Shown here piece after piece: positions 29,013-38,128 of a stretch of 64,000 bases of DNA; positions within the stretch are counted from its first letter, which is position 1; each line of letters opens with the position of its first letter. Origin of the DNA: a bacterium (GTDB lineage Bacteria > UBA8248); NCBI GenBank assembly GCA_965213625.1, contig CBDBZU010000004.1, forward strand, positions 1,792,001-1,856,000, given 5' to 3'. Position numbers and translations under genes: made by a program. A model generated the notes under the pieces. It saw nothing but the letters and a program-made list of their open reading frames with translations. It was not told the origin of the DNA and did not search any database.

Positions 29013-30128
29013 ATGTTCATGAACGTATCGGTTAATGCGAGAAAACCCATCGGCCTCGCGGTGGTGGGATGCGGGAAAATCGGGCGGATACGCGCTGAGT
29101 TCGCGCGCCAGAACGCAGCGGTCGAGTGGATGGGGCTGTGCGATATCGACGAGAAGGTGGGCCGAAAGCTCGCCGAAGACGTATCCGCCGATTTCTTCAC
29201 CACCGATTACCGCGAACTCTTAAAGCGTGATGAGGTGAACGCCACCGTTCTCGCCACCTATGCCAACGAGCGGCTGGAACCTATTCTCATCGGCGCCGAG
29301 CGCGGCCACCGGATGCTGATCGAAAAACCCCTGGCGGTGGACGCCGACGTGTCCGAGAACCTGGTGCGCGCGGTCGACGAGGCGGGCATCGACGCCGTTC
29401 TGGGCTATACGCAGCGGTTCCGCCGACGCTTTCTGGTGGCGAAAGAGAAGATACGCTCGGGTGAGTTGGGCGATGTCTCCTCCGTGACGGGCCGCGCCTT
29501 CCTGAACCGCATGAACCCGGTGGCGAATTCCACCAAAACCGAATTCCCAACGAAATTCACCCCCATGGTCATCTCCGGCACCCACAGCGTGGACTTGTGT
29601 TCCTGGCTGCTGGAGGGTCTCCGTCCCGCCGAGGTCTACGCGCGCTCGGTGGACAAGGCGATGGCGCCCTATCTCACAAAAGATTCCACCTTCGCCATCG
29701 TCACCTATGAGGACGGGACGATATGGAGCATGAACGTGAGCTGGGCGCTGCCGCGCGTCTGGCCGGCGGAGGTCTATTCGCTCGAGTTGGGCATTGTGGG
29801 TACGGGGGGTGTACTCACGATAGATGACACGCACCGCGACATCGTCTTCGCCACCTCAGAGCCGCACGAATCCTCGCGCCTGAAACAGGAGCGCAACGTG
29901 AGTTTTCTCACCAGCTATCCGCCGGGGGACCTGGTGTTCGACCAACTCTGGGGGCCCATGCGCGAGGAGACGCGCTCGTGGTTCGACAGGATATATCTGG
30001 GCGTCCAAACGCCGCACACCACCGCGCGGGAAGCGCACGAGAACTTGATGCTGTGCCTGGCGATGGATCACTCGGCCAAAACCGGACGGGCGGTATCGCT
30101 CCCGGTCAAGCCTGAGGATTTTGAATAG
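29013..30128 (+). CDS. Gfo/Idh/MocA oxidoreductase
   Basis: VVGCGKIG, LIEKP, GYTQRF, GTHSVD. Confidence 0.9.
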   Translation: MFMNVSVNARKPIGLAVVGCGKIGRIRAEFARQNAAVEWMGLCDIDEKVGRKLAEDVSADFFTTDYRELLKRDEVNATVLATYANERLEPILIGAERGHRMLIEKPLAVDADVSENLVRAVDEAGIDAVLGYTQRFRRRFLVAKEKIRSGELGDVSSVTGRAFLNRMNPVANSTKTEFPTKFTPMVISGTHSVDLCSWLLEGLRPAEVYARSVDKAMAPYLTKDSTFAIVTYEDGTIWSMNVSWALPRVWPAEVYSLELGIVGTGGVLTIDDTHRDIVFATSEPHESSRLKQERNVSFLTSYPPGDLVFDQLWGPMREETRSWFDRIYLGVQTPHTTAREAHENLMLCLAMDHSAKTGRAVSLPVKPEDFE

Positions 30129-30270
30129 GCGGACACCGCCCCCGCCGGTTCTCTCGAGAATGAGGTCGTCAAGGCGGCCCTCGCCGCAACGGATCTGTTC
30201 ATGGGGGATTGGCGGTAGGCTGGGTGTCTCAGATCGTCATTCCGGCGCAGGTGAAGATTTGCGATGGTTT

Positions 30271-30307
30271 TGTATGTAGCGCACCCTTCCTGGGCGCGCT
30301 ACATACA
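30271..30307. repeat. GTAG-type palindrome at IS boundary
   Basis: TGTATGTAGCGC.CCC...GGGCGCGCTACATACA. Confidence 0.75.
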
Positions 30308-30329
30308 TGCGTACATGGACGCCCCCCTG

Positions 30330-30585
30330 GAATGCAAGCGGTTTTTTGGGAGGGTTCGGCGCAAAGCGGTTCGACTCAGTCGTACATTCGGCCTCTTCGT
30401 TGCGGCGCTTCGTAACGGCCGCGGGCCCGTATGGAGATGCGCGGGTCGGGTCCGAATCGGCCCGGCGAGCTCGATGGTTCGCTCGTCGCATGTAACTGGT
30501 TGCCCCGACCCCGTCTCGATGACCGTTTGCCCTTACTCCTCCTGTGGCCTGCCCACATTCCTCCCGGCTCTATCCGCGCGCCCGC
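30330..30585 (-). ncRNA. Predicted bridge/seek RNA of the IS (boundaries approximate)
   Basis: Stem-flanked loop segments match the target (30456-30464, 30490-30494) and donor junction (30381-30387, 30431-30436). Confidence 0.7.
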
Positions 30586-30588
30586 CGC

Positions 30589-31614
30589 TCAGGCGAGGGG
30601 CGCCGGTTCCCTGTAGTCGTCCTTGTTCCGCATCAGCGCCCACGCGATGCGCGCCATTTTGTTGGCCAGCGCCACCGCGACGAGCATCCTCGGCTTGCGC
30701 GCCAGCATCCGGGCCAGCCACGAACCCGGCGGCGCGCCGCGCCGGAGCGCCTGGCGAATCACCGACATCGCGCCCGTGACCAACAGCCGCCTCACGTCGC
30801 GCTGGCCCATCTTCGATACCCGGCCCAGGCGGGGCTTGCCCCCCGTCGAGTGTTGCCGGGGCACCAGTCCCAGCCAGGCCGAGAAGTCCCGGCCCCGCCG
30901 GAAGTTCTCCATCGGCGGCGCGAAGGCACGGATCGCAGACGCCGTAACCGGACCCACCCCCGGGATACGCATCAGACGCCGCGCCTCCTCGTCCGCGTGG
31001 ACGCTCGCGTGAAGCCGACTCTCCAACTCCCCGATCTTCCGGCTCAGACCCGCGATTTGCTCCAGAAACACCTCGCCCAACTCCCGAACCGCCACCGGCA
31101 GACCCGATTCCGCTCCCCGAACCGCCGCCGCCAGACGCGTGAGGCCCACCGGACCCTGCCGCGCGACCACCCCGAACTCCGCCAGGTGTCCCCGCAACGC
31201 GTTGATCGTCTGCGTCTTCTGGCGCTTCAGCAAATCCCGCGCCCGGAACAGCATCCCCTCGGTCTGCTGCTCCTCGCTCTTCACCGCCACGAGATGCATC
31301 GTCGGTCGTGAGGCCGCCTCGCAAATCGCCTCCGCGTCCGCCGCGTCGTTCTTGTGGCGCTTCACGTACGGCTTCACGTAGGCCGGCGGCGCGAGCCGAA
31401 CCTCGTGGCCGAGCTTCGCAATCTCACGGCCCCAGCGGTGCGCCCCCGCGCACGCCTCCATCGCCACCACGCAGCGCGGCTGTTTGGCCAGGAAGTTCAG
31501 CAGACCCGCCCGACCGAGCTTCTTGCGGAACGCTACCGAACCGTCCGCGCGCGCCCCGTGGAGTTGAAAACTGTTTTTCGCCAAGTCGATGCCGATGATG
31601 TAGACTCCTTCCAT
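30589..31614 (-). CDS. IS110-family transposase/recombinase
   Basis: IGIDLAK, AMEAC, KNDAADAEAI, IPGVG, WLGLVP.QHSTGGK, ALANKMARIAWA; SD GGAGG before MEGVY. Confidence 0.95.
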   Translation of the reverse strand: MEGVYIIGIDLAKNSFQLHGARADGSVAFRKKLGRAGLLNFLAKQPRCVVAMEACAGAHRWGREIAKLGHEVRLAPPAYVKPYVKRHKNDAADAEAICEAASRPTMHLVAVKSEEQQTEGMLFRARDLLKRQKTQTINALRGHLAEFGVVARQGPVGLTRLAAAVRGAESGLPVAVRELGEVFLEQIAGLSRKIGELESRLHASVHADEEARRLMRIPGVGPVTASAIRAFAPPMENFRRGRDFSAWLGLVPRQHSTGGKPRLGRVSKMGQRDVRRLLVTGAMSVIRQALRRGAPPGSWLARMLARKPRMLVAVALANKMARIAWALMRNKDDYREPAPLA

Positions 31615-31712
31615 GGATGCCTCCTTCCGGGCGGTGTGTGACGTTGCCTCGCCACATTCTAAACTGCCGGAAGGGGGCGTCCACCCCATCGGCCCGACCG
31701 GTTCGTGGCTTG

Positions 31713-31904
31713 CGGGTCGCATTTATGCGACCCCTACACAGGTACTTCGGAATTTCCTGGGTTCCGTCAAACCCTCTTGGCTTGGTTAATTCTAACGCTG
31801 GAATGACGGCAAACTTCGGTTCGGGGATACTCGTACGGGCGAACCTAATGTCCCTACATGGACGCCTACCAAACATAGGACAGGCACGGGTGCCTGTCCC
31901 TACG
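31713..31904. repeat. REP cluster right of IS
   Basis: GGGTCGCATTTATGCGACCCCTACA, CTGGAATGACGG, GGACAGGCACGGGTGCCTGTCCCTAC. Confidence 0.75.
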
Positions 31905-32082
31905 GCGAGATTTCCTGTTTGTCGCGAAGGCGGAAGTCCTCCCATCGTCAGAATATCGCTCCGCGCAAAGGTGTGACCAATGATGCACGCGCCCCCTGAA
32001 ACTGGTATGAAGGGGGAATCCAAAAGGCGTCGGGCCGGGTTCCGGCGCGTTTTTTTAGGCCTTGATAATTTAACGGGAGAGG

Positions 32083-33216
32083 ATGATGGCGGCTTTGGGA
32101 GGTGAGAAAAATCCGATTGGACTGGCCATAGTCGGCTGCGGCCGCGTGGGTCGCATTCGCGCGCGCTGCGCCAGGGAGTACCCGGGCACGGAATGGCTCG
32201 GCTGCTGCGACATCGACGAGAAAAAGGGCAGGGCGATGGCCGAGGAATTCGGTGCCGATTTTTTCACGACCGATTTCGCCGAGCTCATTAAGCGGCCCGA
32301 GGTGAACGCCGTCATCATCGCCACGGACGAGGAATGGCACGCGAAGCCGCTCTCGGAATCGATAGCGCAGGGTCACAAAATACTCGTGGAAAAACCGTTG
32401 GCCACGAGCGTGGTGGAATCGGCAAATATCGTGGAGGCGGCGGAGGCTGCGGGCGTGGAGTTGCTCGTGGGCTACACCCAGCGCTTCAGGAGGCGCTGGC
32501 TTACGGCGCGCGAGCACGTGCAATCTGGCGTGTTGGGCGAGGTGACCTCCGCGACGACGCGTGCGCTGCTGAACCGCCAGGTCGGCATCACCCGGCTGTC
32601 CAAGAACGAGGACCGCTCGATGCTGACGCCCATGGTGATTTCCGGCACCCATGCGCTGGACGTGATGCTGTTCGTGATGGGGCCGGAGAAGAAGCCCGTC
32701 GAGGTGGTCTCGCGCTCCATATCGCGGGTGATGACGGGCATCGGCACGCAGGACGCCACCTTCAGTATCTTCACCTTCGACGACGGGACCATCTGGAGCA
32801 TGGAGTGCAACTGGGGGATGCCCACTATCTGGCCCGCCTCGACGTACGGCGTGACCATCAGCATGGTGGGAACCGACGGTGCGCTCACCATCGACGACAC
32901 CCATGCCGATTTCATCATGGCGTCCGAGAACCCGCTGGCCTCACACCGGGGGGAGGAGCGCCACGTCCACCTGCTCGAAAGCTACCCGGCGGGAGATATG
33001 TCCAAAGGGCAGTTCTGGGGGCCGATGCGCGATGAGTCCATCGCCTGGCTCGCGCACGTCTATACGGGGACGGACATGCCCCACGCCACGGGGGCCGAGG
33101 GCCACCGGAACCTCATGCTCTGCATGGCGTGCGACCTATCCGCCAAGCGAAAGGAAGTCGTGAAGCTGCCCATCGACCCCGAAGAGCTGCACGCGGGGTT
33201 AAAAGCGAGAAACTAG
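32083..33216 (+). CDS. Gfo/Idh/MocA oxidoreductase, paralog of 29013-30128
   Basis: IVGCGRVG, LVEKP, GYTQRF, TPMVISGTH shared with first copy. Confidence 0.9.
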   Translation: MMAALGGEKNPIGLAIVGCGRVGRIRARCAREYPGTEWLGCCDIDEKKGRAMAEEFGADFFTTDFAELIKRPEVNAVIIATDEEWHAKPLSESIAQGHKILVEKPLATSVVESANIVEAAEAAGVELLVGYTQRFRRRWLTAREHVQSGVLGEVTSATTRALLNRQVGITRLSKNEDRSMLTPMVISGTHALDVMLFVMGPEKKPVEVVSRSISRVMTGIGTQDATFSIFTFDDGTIWSMECNWGMPTIWPASTYGVTISMVGTDGALTIDDTHADFIMASENPLASHRGEERHVHLLESYPAGDMSKGQFWGPMRDESIAWLAHVYTGTDMPHATGAEGHRNLMLCMACDLSAKRKEVVKLPIDPEELHAGLKARN

Positions 33217-33221
33217 TCCAT
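33175..33221. repeat. 47-bp direct repeat, copy 1 (copy 2 at 34334-34380)
   Basis: GACCCCGA(A/G)GAGCTGCACGCGGGGTTAAAAGCGAGAAACTAGTCCAT, 1 mismatch. Confidence 0.95.
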
Positions 33222-33258
33222 ACAAATGATGTGAATTTCCCTTTGGAGTTAAAGCAGG

Positions 33259-34065
33259 ATGTCGGAACTCGATTTCTTGAAAAACATCGTGAAAACCTTA
33301 GAGCGTTTTTATACAACTCTCGAACGGTCTCCATTGATCGAAGCGCCCCAATGGTTAGAGTCTAGGAAGCAGTATCGTCATGAAAAAAAGCATGCTCGCC
33401 TATTTGTCTACTTGAAGGGAGTTCGTTGGGTCAGCCTATTCAATGCGTCTATTGTCTTACTTGAGGCTGGGCAAGTCCATGAGATAGGGATTCTCTGTCG
33501 ATGCATGAATGAATCTTTTGAAGACATGATGCTATTTATTCCAAGCCTTGGTCCGGATGATAAACAGAAGGAGAAACAGGAGAGAGTTATTAAGGAGTTT
33601 TTCCAAGAGGTTTTTGAGGAAGCATCTGCTCCAATACTTTCAACGACAAAACGAGATAGATTGCCTCGGAAACAAGTGCGTGCGGCCATTGCTTCACTAC
33701 CGGAAAATCCTATCAATCCTCATGATTCTGCTCAAATTTCCGAAACGATCTACAGCACTTTCTCAGGTTATGTCCATGGTGCTTATCCGCATATCATGGA
33801 CTTGTACAGTAAGAATCCACCGCGATATCACATGACGGGGATGCTAGTTACGCAACGCATCCAGGAGTGGGAAAAACAGCTGATTGGATACGCCTATAAT
33901 TGTGTCTTAGGCGCATGGCATGCAGCCGAACAACTCGGCGATGAGAGTGTTGTACAGGAGGCCTTGCTATTGAGGGAAGAAATGGAGATGCGCTATCCAC
34001 ATTTCAAAGGCGACCCCACGAACCTCCTCAGGGAAATGAAGAAAAAGAACTCTGAGCAAAATTGA
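33259..34065 (+). CDS. Low-GC hypothetical protein, possibly DUF5677/HEPN-like helical family
   Basis: 268-aa ORF, clearly AT-richer than flanks; ILCRCMNE and YSTFSGYVHG motifs (family call tentative). Confidence 0.7.
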   Translation: MSELDFLKNIVKTLERFYTTLERSPLIEAPQWLESRKQYRHEKKHARLFVYLKGVRWVSLFNASIVLLEAGQVHEIGILCRCMNESFEDMMLFIPSLGPDDKQKEKQERVIKEFFQEVFEEASAPILSTTKRDRLPRKQVRAAIASLPENPINPHDSAQISETIYSTFSGYVHGAYPHIMDLYSKNPPRYHMTGMLVTQRIQEWEKQLIGYAYNCVLGAWHAAEQLGDESVVQEALLLREEMEMRYPHFKGDPTNLLREMKKKNSEQN

Positions 34066-34088
34066 GCAGTAGCGCAATAAATAAAATG

Positions 34089-34258
34089 ACTCCCCCCTTG
34101 AGGGGGTCGGGCTTCCCGAGGGGAAAGCCCGACAGAGGCCGAGCGGTTTATGTGAAGGCCGATGTGGTGGGGGGAGATTTGCTCTTTGGCATGTCCCCCC
34201 ACCGATTCGGTTTCGGGTTTACACCCTCACCTCATCGACTCCCCCTCAAGGGGGGAGT
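34089..34258. repeat. CTCCCCCTTGAGGGGG-type palindromic repeat element
   Basis: ACTCCCCCCTTGAGGGGG...ACTCCCCCTCAAGGGGGAGT ends with internal stems; relics near 41247 and 41293. Confidence 0.75.
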
Positions 34259-34333
34259 AATTCTTTTCATTCTCGTCAATAGGCGACGACTCTCAAGGGG
34301 GAAGTGATGTCTCCTTCCTCCTCGGTCGGGTTT

Positions 34334-34380
34334 GACCCCGAGGAGCTGCACGCGGGGTTAAAAGCGAGAAACTAGTCCAT
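34334..34380. repeat. 47-bp direct repeat, copy 2
   Basis: See 33175-33221. Confidence 0.95.
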
Positions 34381-34722
34381 CGTCGCGGTCGGCGGGGGCC
34401 AGCCCTCCGATTTGTTCTTGAACGAGAGGTAGATGAAATCGCCGCCGCTCTCGTTTTTGAACTCGTGCTCGGTGCCCTCGGGAACATGGATGATGTCGCC
34501 TGCGGTGACGGTTTTTTCCTCATCCCCCACACGGAACCAGGCGGTTCCCTCGACGACGTTGATGATTTGCTCGCAATCATGCGTGTGCGGGCGGGCCAGC
34601 TTGCCCGGCTGGCTCACCGAACGGTTCAGGGTGACGTGCTCGCCGATGATGATGCTGCCCTCTGAGTCTGACGGCCTCGCCAGATTTTTTCGCTTCATTT
34701 CATCCCAACGGTAAAACGGCAT
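34372..34722 (-). CDS. Cupin domain protein
   Basis: PHTHDCEQ...EG...AGDIIHVP.GTEH. Confidence 0.9.
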   Translation of the reverse strand: MPFYRWDEMKRKNLARPSDSEGSIIIGEHVTLNRSVSQPGKLARPHTHDCEQIINVVEGTAWFRVGDEEKTVTAGDIIHVPEGTEHEFKNESGGDFIYLSFKNKSEGWPPPTATMD

Positions 34723-34807
34723 GTTCCGGCTCCTTGTTAAAAAAGCGGTTTTTTCGGGTTGTTCCAGATTGTGAAACAGAAAACGCTCGCGTGACGTCTA
34801 AGTTTCA

Positions 34808-34837
34808 TTGACAGCGAAACGCTCCCGTCTGTAAGAT
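34808..34837 (+). promoter_or_regulatory. Sigma70-like promoter of TRAP operon
   Basis: TTGACA-18 bp-TAAGAT. Confidence 0.55.
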
Positions 34838-34976
34838 TCAGGCCCAAGCATACAGAAAAGTGCGCTCATTGAGAACGCGGCGAGAGAGTTCGTTCTCGCC
34901 GGGGCGCTTCTCGATGAGCGGGAGTCTTCGAACCACTTCATCGAAGTTTTACTTCACTTCATCAGGGAGAGGAAAA

Positions 34977-35960
34977 ATGAAGAGAATCGTCATGATGTTC
35001 GGAATTCTGGCTCTGACCCTGCCGTTCTTGACGGTGGGCGACGCCTACGCAGCGCCCGCGAAATACGACCTCGCGGTCGGCAGCCTTGGCGGTACGATGG
35101 GCAGGCTGGGCGCCGGCCTCAGCGAAATCGTCAACAGGAAACAAAATAAGATCATCCTCAACGTGACGCCCGGCGGCGGGCGCGCAAACCCGGCCCGTGT
35201 GGGTGGGGGAGGCGCCGACTTCGGCTATTCGTTCTCGAACTTTGCGGGCGCGGCGATGGCCGGAAAGATCCCCTTCAAGAAGTCCTACAAGAACCTCCGG
35301 GGGATCGCCGCATTCTGGGATTCATGCTACCACCAGTACGCCGCCAAGGAGCAGTATGACGCAGGCATCAAGACCTGGGGCGACATCATCAAGTCGAAAA
35401 AGCCGCTCAAGCTGGCCCCGGCCAAGAAGGGAACCAGCACGGAGTACATCGCGAGCATGATCGTCAAGCACTACGGCTCGAGCTACAAGGAGCTAAACAA
35501 GCGCGGCTACAAACTCACCTTCCCGGGCGCGGGCGGCATGTCGCGCGCGATCAGGGCGCGCCAGATCGATTTCTACTTCCACAACTCGGGCGACCCCAAC
35601 GGCGCCGGCATCCAGGCGGCCCTGGGCCGGAACATCGTGTTCCTGGACATGGCGGATGACGTGAAGAAGCTGCTGGCGGGCCACGGTTTCACGCCCTGCC
35701 AGATTCCGGGCGGCATATATAAGGGCAACCCCAATCCCAAGGACTCGATGGGGCTTTCAGGCGTCTTGTTCACCACGACCAAGATGAGCGCCGACGTGGT
35801 CTACTCGATCCTCAAGATAGCGAAAGACGAGCAGAAGTACCTCGGGGGCGTCCACAAGATCTACAAGAGATGGGACCCCAAGAAGGCGGGCAAGAACGTC
35901 GGGATACCCCTGCATGAGGGCGCCAAGCGGTTCTACAAGGAAGTCGGGGGTTCGATGTAA
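34977..35960 (+). CDS. TAXI-family TRAP solute receptor
   Basis: Signal peptide, VGSLGGT, TPGGG.AN, IPGGIYKG, IPLHEGAKRFYKE. Confidence 0.9.
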   Translation: MKRIVMMFGILALTLPFLTVGDAYAAPAKYDLAVGSLGGTMGRLGAGLSEIVNRKQNKIILNVTPGGGRANPARVGGGGADFGYSFSNFAGAAMAGKIPFKKSYKNLRGIAAFWDSCYHQYAAKEQYDAGIKTWGDIIKSKKPLKLAPAKKGTSTEYIASMIVKHYGSSYKELNKRGYKLTFPGAGGMSRAIRARQIDFYFHNSGDPNGAGIQAALGRNIVFLDMADDVKKLLAGHGFTPCQIPGGIYKGNPNPKDSMGLSGVLFTTTKMSADVVYSILKIAKDEQKYLGGVHKIYKRWDPKKAGKNVGIPLHEGAKRFYKEVGGSM

Positions 35961-35984
35961 CCATCCCGGGGAAGAGGCGAGAGC

Positions 35985-37958
35985 GTGAACGATATACAGG
36001 AAAGAACCCCTCTGAATTGGCTCGTCCTGGCGATAGCGGTCGGGATGTCCGTCTATCATATCCAGATAGCCTACACGGGAGGGTATGAGCCGCTGTACCA
36101 GAGGGCGCTCTCGTATCTGTTCGGTATGACCCTGATATTCATCATCTACCGGAAACCCGCAGGAGGCGGGTGGCGCGCCGTTGTTACGGCCGCCGTCTGC
36201 CTCCTGACGGTCTCCTCCATCGCCTACCCGATACTCTATACCGATTATTTTCTGGATCGCCTGTATTACGTCGACCCGCTCGAACCCATAGATTTGTTCC
36301 TGGGCACGGTGGTTATGCTGCTTACCTGGGAGGCGGCGCGCAGGACCATCAATCTGGCGTTGCCGCTGATATCGTTATTCTTCTTCGTGTATTCGTATTT
36401 CGGCCCCTATTTCCCCGGGTATCTGGCGCACAAGGGGGCCTCCTATATGCACATTATCGATCACCAGTACTTCACCTACGACGGCCTGTGGACGGCGCCA
36501 TTGAGCGTTTTTTCGGTCTATATCTTCCTGTTCATCCTCTTCGGCGCGTTTTTGGATCGCATGGGGGCTGCGGATTTCTACGTGAAACTCTCCGTGTCGA
36601 TCGCCGGCAGGCTGCGCGGCGGGCCGGCGAAGGCCGCGGTTTTCGCCAGCGCCATGACTGGCACCATCATGGGCAGCGCGAATGCGAACGTGGTCACCAC
36701 GGGTTCGTTCACCATCCCGATGATGAAGCGCACAGGCTTCAAGCCCGAGACGGCGGCGGCCATCGAGACGGCGGCCTCCACGGGCGGGCAGATCATGCCG
36801 CCCGTCATGGGGGCGTCGGCGTTTTTGATCGTGGAGTTCACGGGCATATCGTATTGGGAGATCGTGAAGGTTTCGATTCTGCCGGCCGTTTTGTACTTCT
36901 TCTCCGTCTACGCGACCGTGCATTTGGAAGCGAGAAAAGAAGGCCTGGTCGGCATGCCCAGAGAGTTGATACCCCCTCTGGGACCCATCATGAAGGACGG
37001 GTGGTTCTACCTCCTGCCCCCTATCGTGATTCTGGCGATCCTCATGACGGGCCGAACCGTGCCCTTGGCGGGGCTCGCCGGCATTCTCTCCGTCGTGCTC
37101 CTGGCCGGACTCAAGGGCGCCCTCGTCTTGCTGGAAAAAGCAAGAAGAGAGGGCACGAGTCTTGTGGAAGTCGTGAGCGAAGTGGGCCGCGGGCTTTGGA
37201 ACATCGTACTGGCGCTCGAGAAGGGAGCGATCCAGTCGCTGCCCATCTGCGCAGCGGTAGGCGCGGTGGGCATCATCATGGGAGCGTTGTTCCAGACCGG
37301 CTTAGGGCTGAAGTTCTCTTCCCTGGTCACGAACATGGCGAACGACAGCCTGTTTTTCGGCATCCTCCTGGTGGGTATCGCTTCTTTCGTGCTCGGCATG
37401 GGGCTGCCGACGAGCGCGGCCTACATCGTCCTGTCTGTCATGGCCGTGCCTGCGCTCCTGGAACTCGGAGAGCCGTTCAAGCTCTCGTTGCTCGGCGCGC
37501 ATCTCATCGTGTTCTGGTACAGCCTGGACAGTTGCTTTACGCCCCCTGTATGTGTGCCCGCCTATACGGCGGCGGGCATCGCGGACGCCAACCCGGCGAA
37601 GGCCGCCTGGGCATCTTTCCGCACGGCGAAGGGCATGTATATCGTGCCCCTGATGTTTGCCTTCACCCCGATTCTGCTGATCCGCCAGCCCTGGCTTTCA
37701 CTCGAGACTTTCGCCGCAGGGCTTCTCGGCTTCCAGGCGTTGGCCGCCGGCATGGTCGGGTTCATGTATTTCCGCTTCTCGACCCCGATGCGCGGGTACC
37801 TGTTCCTGGCGGCGGGCCTTCTGTTCTGGCCGGGCTACCTGAACCACCTGGTGGGCGCGATTATGCTGGGTGCGGTGTTCATCCTGCAGAGAAGACGCCT
37901 CGCCGAGGAGGGAGAGCCCACGCCAACCCCCGTGGCCGGAGGGGCCGCTTCCGCATAG
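35985..37958 (+). CDS. TRAP 4TM/12TM fused permease
   Basis: GGPAKAAV, TGSFTIP, ASTGGQIMPPVMGA, LGMGLPT, TPPV. Confidence 0.93.
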   Translation: MNDIQERTPLNWLVLAIAVGMSVYHIQIAYTGGYEPLYQRALSYLFGMTLIFIIYRKPAGGGWRAVVTAAVCLLTVSSIAYPILYTDYFLDRLYYVDPLEPIDLFLGTVVMLLTWEAARRTINLALPLISLFFFVYSYFGPYFPGYLAHKGASYMHIIDHQYFTYDGLWTAPLSVFSVYIFLFILFGAFLDRMGAADFYVKLSVSIAGRLRGGPAKAAVFASAMTGTIMGSANANVVTTGSFTIPMMKRTGFKPETAAAIETAASTGGQIMPPVMGASAFLIVEFTGISYWEIVKVSILPAVLYFFSVYATVHLEARKEGLVGMPRELIPPLGPIMKDGWFYLLPPIVILAILMTGRTVPLAGLAGILSVVLLAGLKGALVLLEKARREGTSLVEVVSEVGRGLWNIVLALEKGAIQSLPICAAVGAVGIIMGALFQTGLGLKFSSLVTNMANDSLFFGILLVGIASFVLGMGLPTSAAYIVLSVMAVPALLELGEPFKLSLLGAHLIVFWYSLDSCFTPPVCVPAYTAAGIADANPAKAAWASFRTAKGMYIVPLMFAFTPILLIRQPWLSLETFAAGLLGFQALAAGMVGFMYFRFSTPMRGYLFLAAGLLFWPGYLNHLVGAIMLGAVFILQRRRLAEEGEPTPTPVAGGAASA

Positions 37959-38128
37959 GGAATTTGCCGATTTGATGGCCGCTTGGCGGCTGTTTGATTC
38001 GCATGAAGTCGGGTGGATTCTCCATCATCCTCTGATTTTGATTCCGCTCGCGCGGGGGTAGTTTCTCCCATCCTTCTACCGGACGGACGCTTCCACTATT
38101 CAGGCAGACCGCAGGGGAGGGTTTTCTC

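Larger units (their letters stand above)
30309..31689 (-). mobile_element. IS110-family insertion sequence, IS1111 type (~1.38 kb)
   Basis: 11-bp sub-terminal IRs TGGACGCCCCC (30316-30326) / GGGGGCGTCCA (31673-31683); (C)AT core at both junctions; long non-coding region downstream of tnp. Confidence 0.88.

Noticed and set aside
26805-34333. Integron cassette interpretation of the TA and orphan inserts
   Set aside because: No intI and no recognisable attC R''/R' boxes; flanking repeats copy local host sequence
36170-37975. 601-aa alternative-frame ORF and other long overlapping or antisense ORFs (e.g. 21522-22835, 46665-47960, 51184-52659, 61269-62564)
   Set aside because: Arg/Gly/Pro-rich shadow frames of well-supported genes in high-GC DNA
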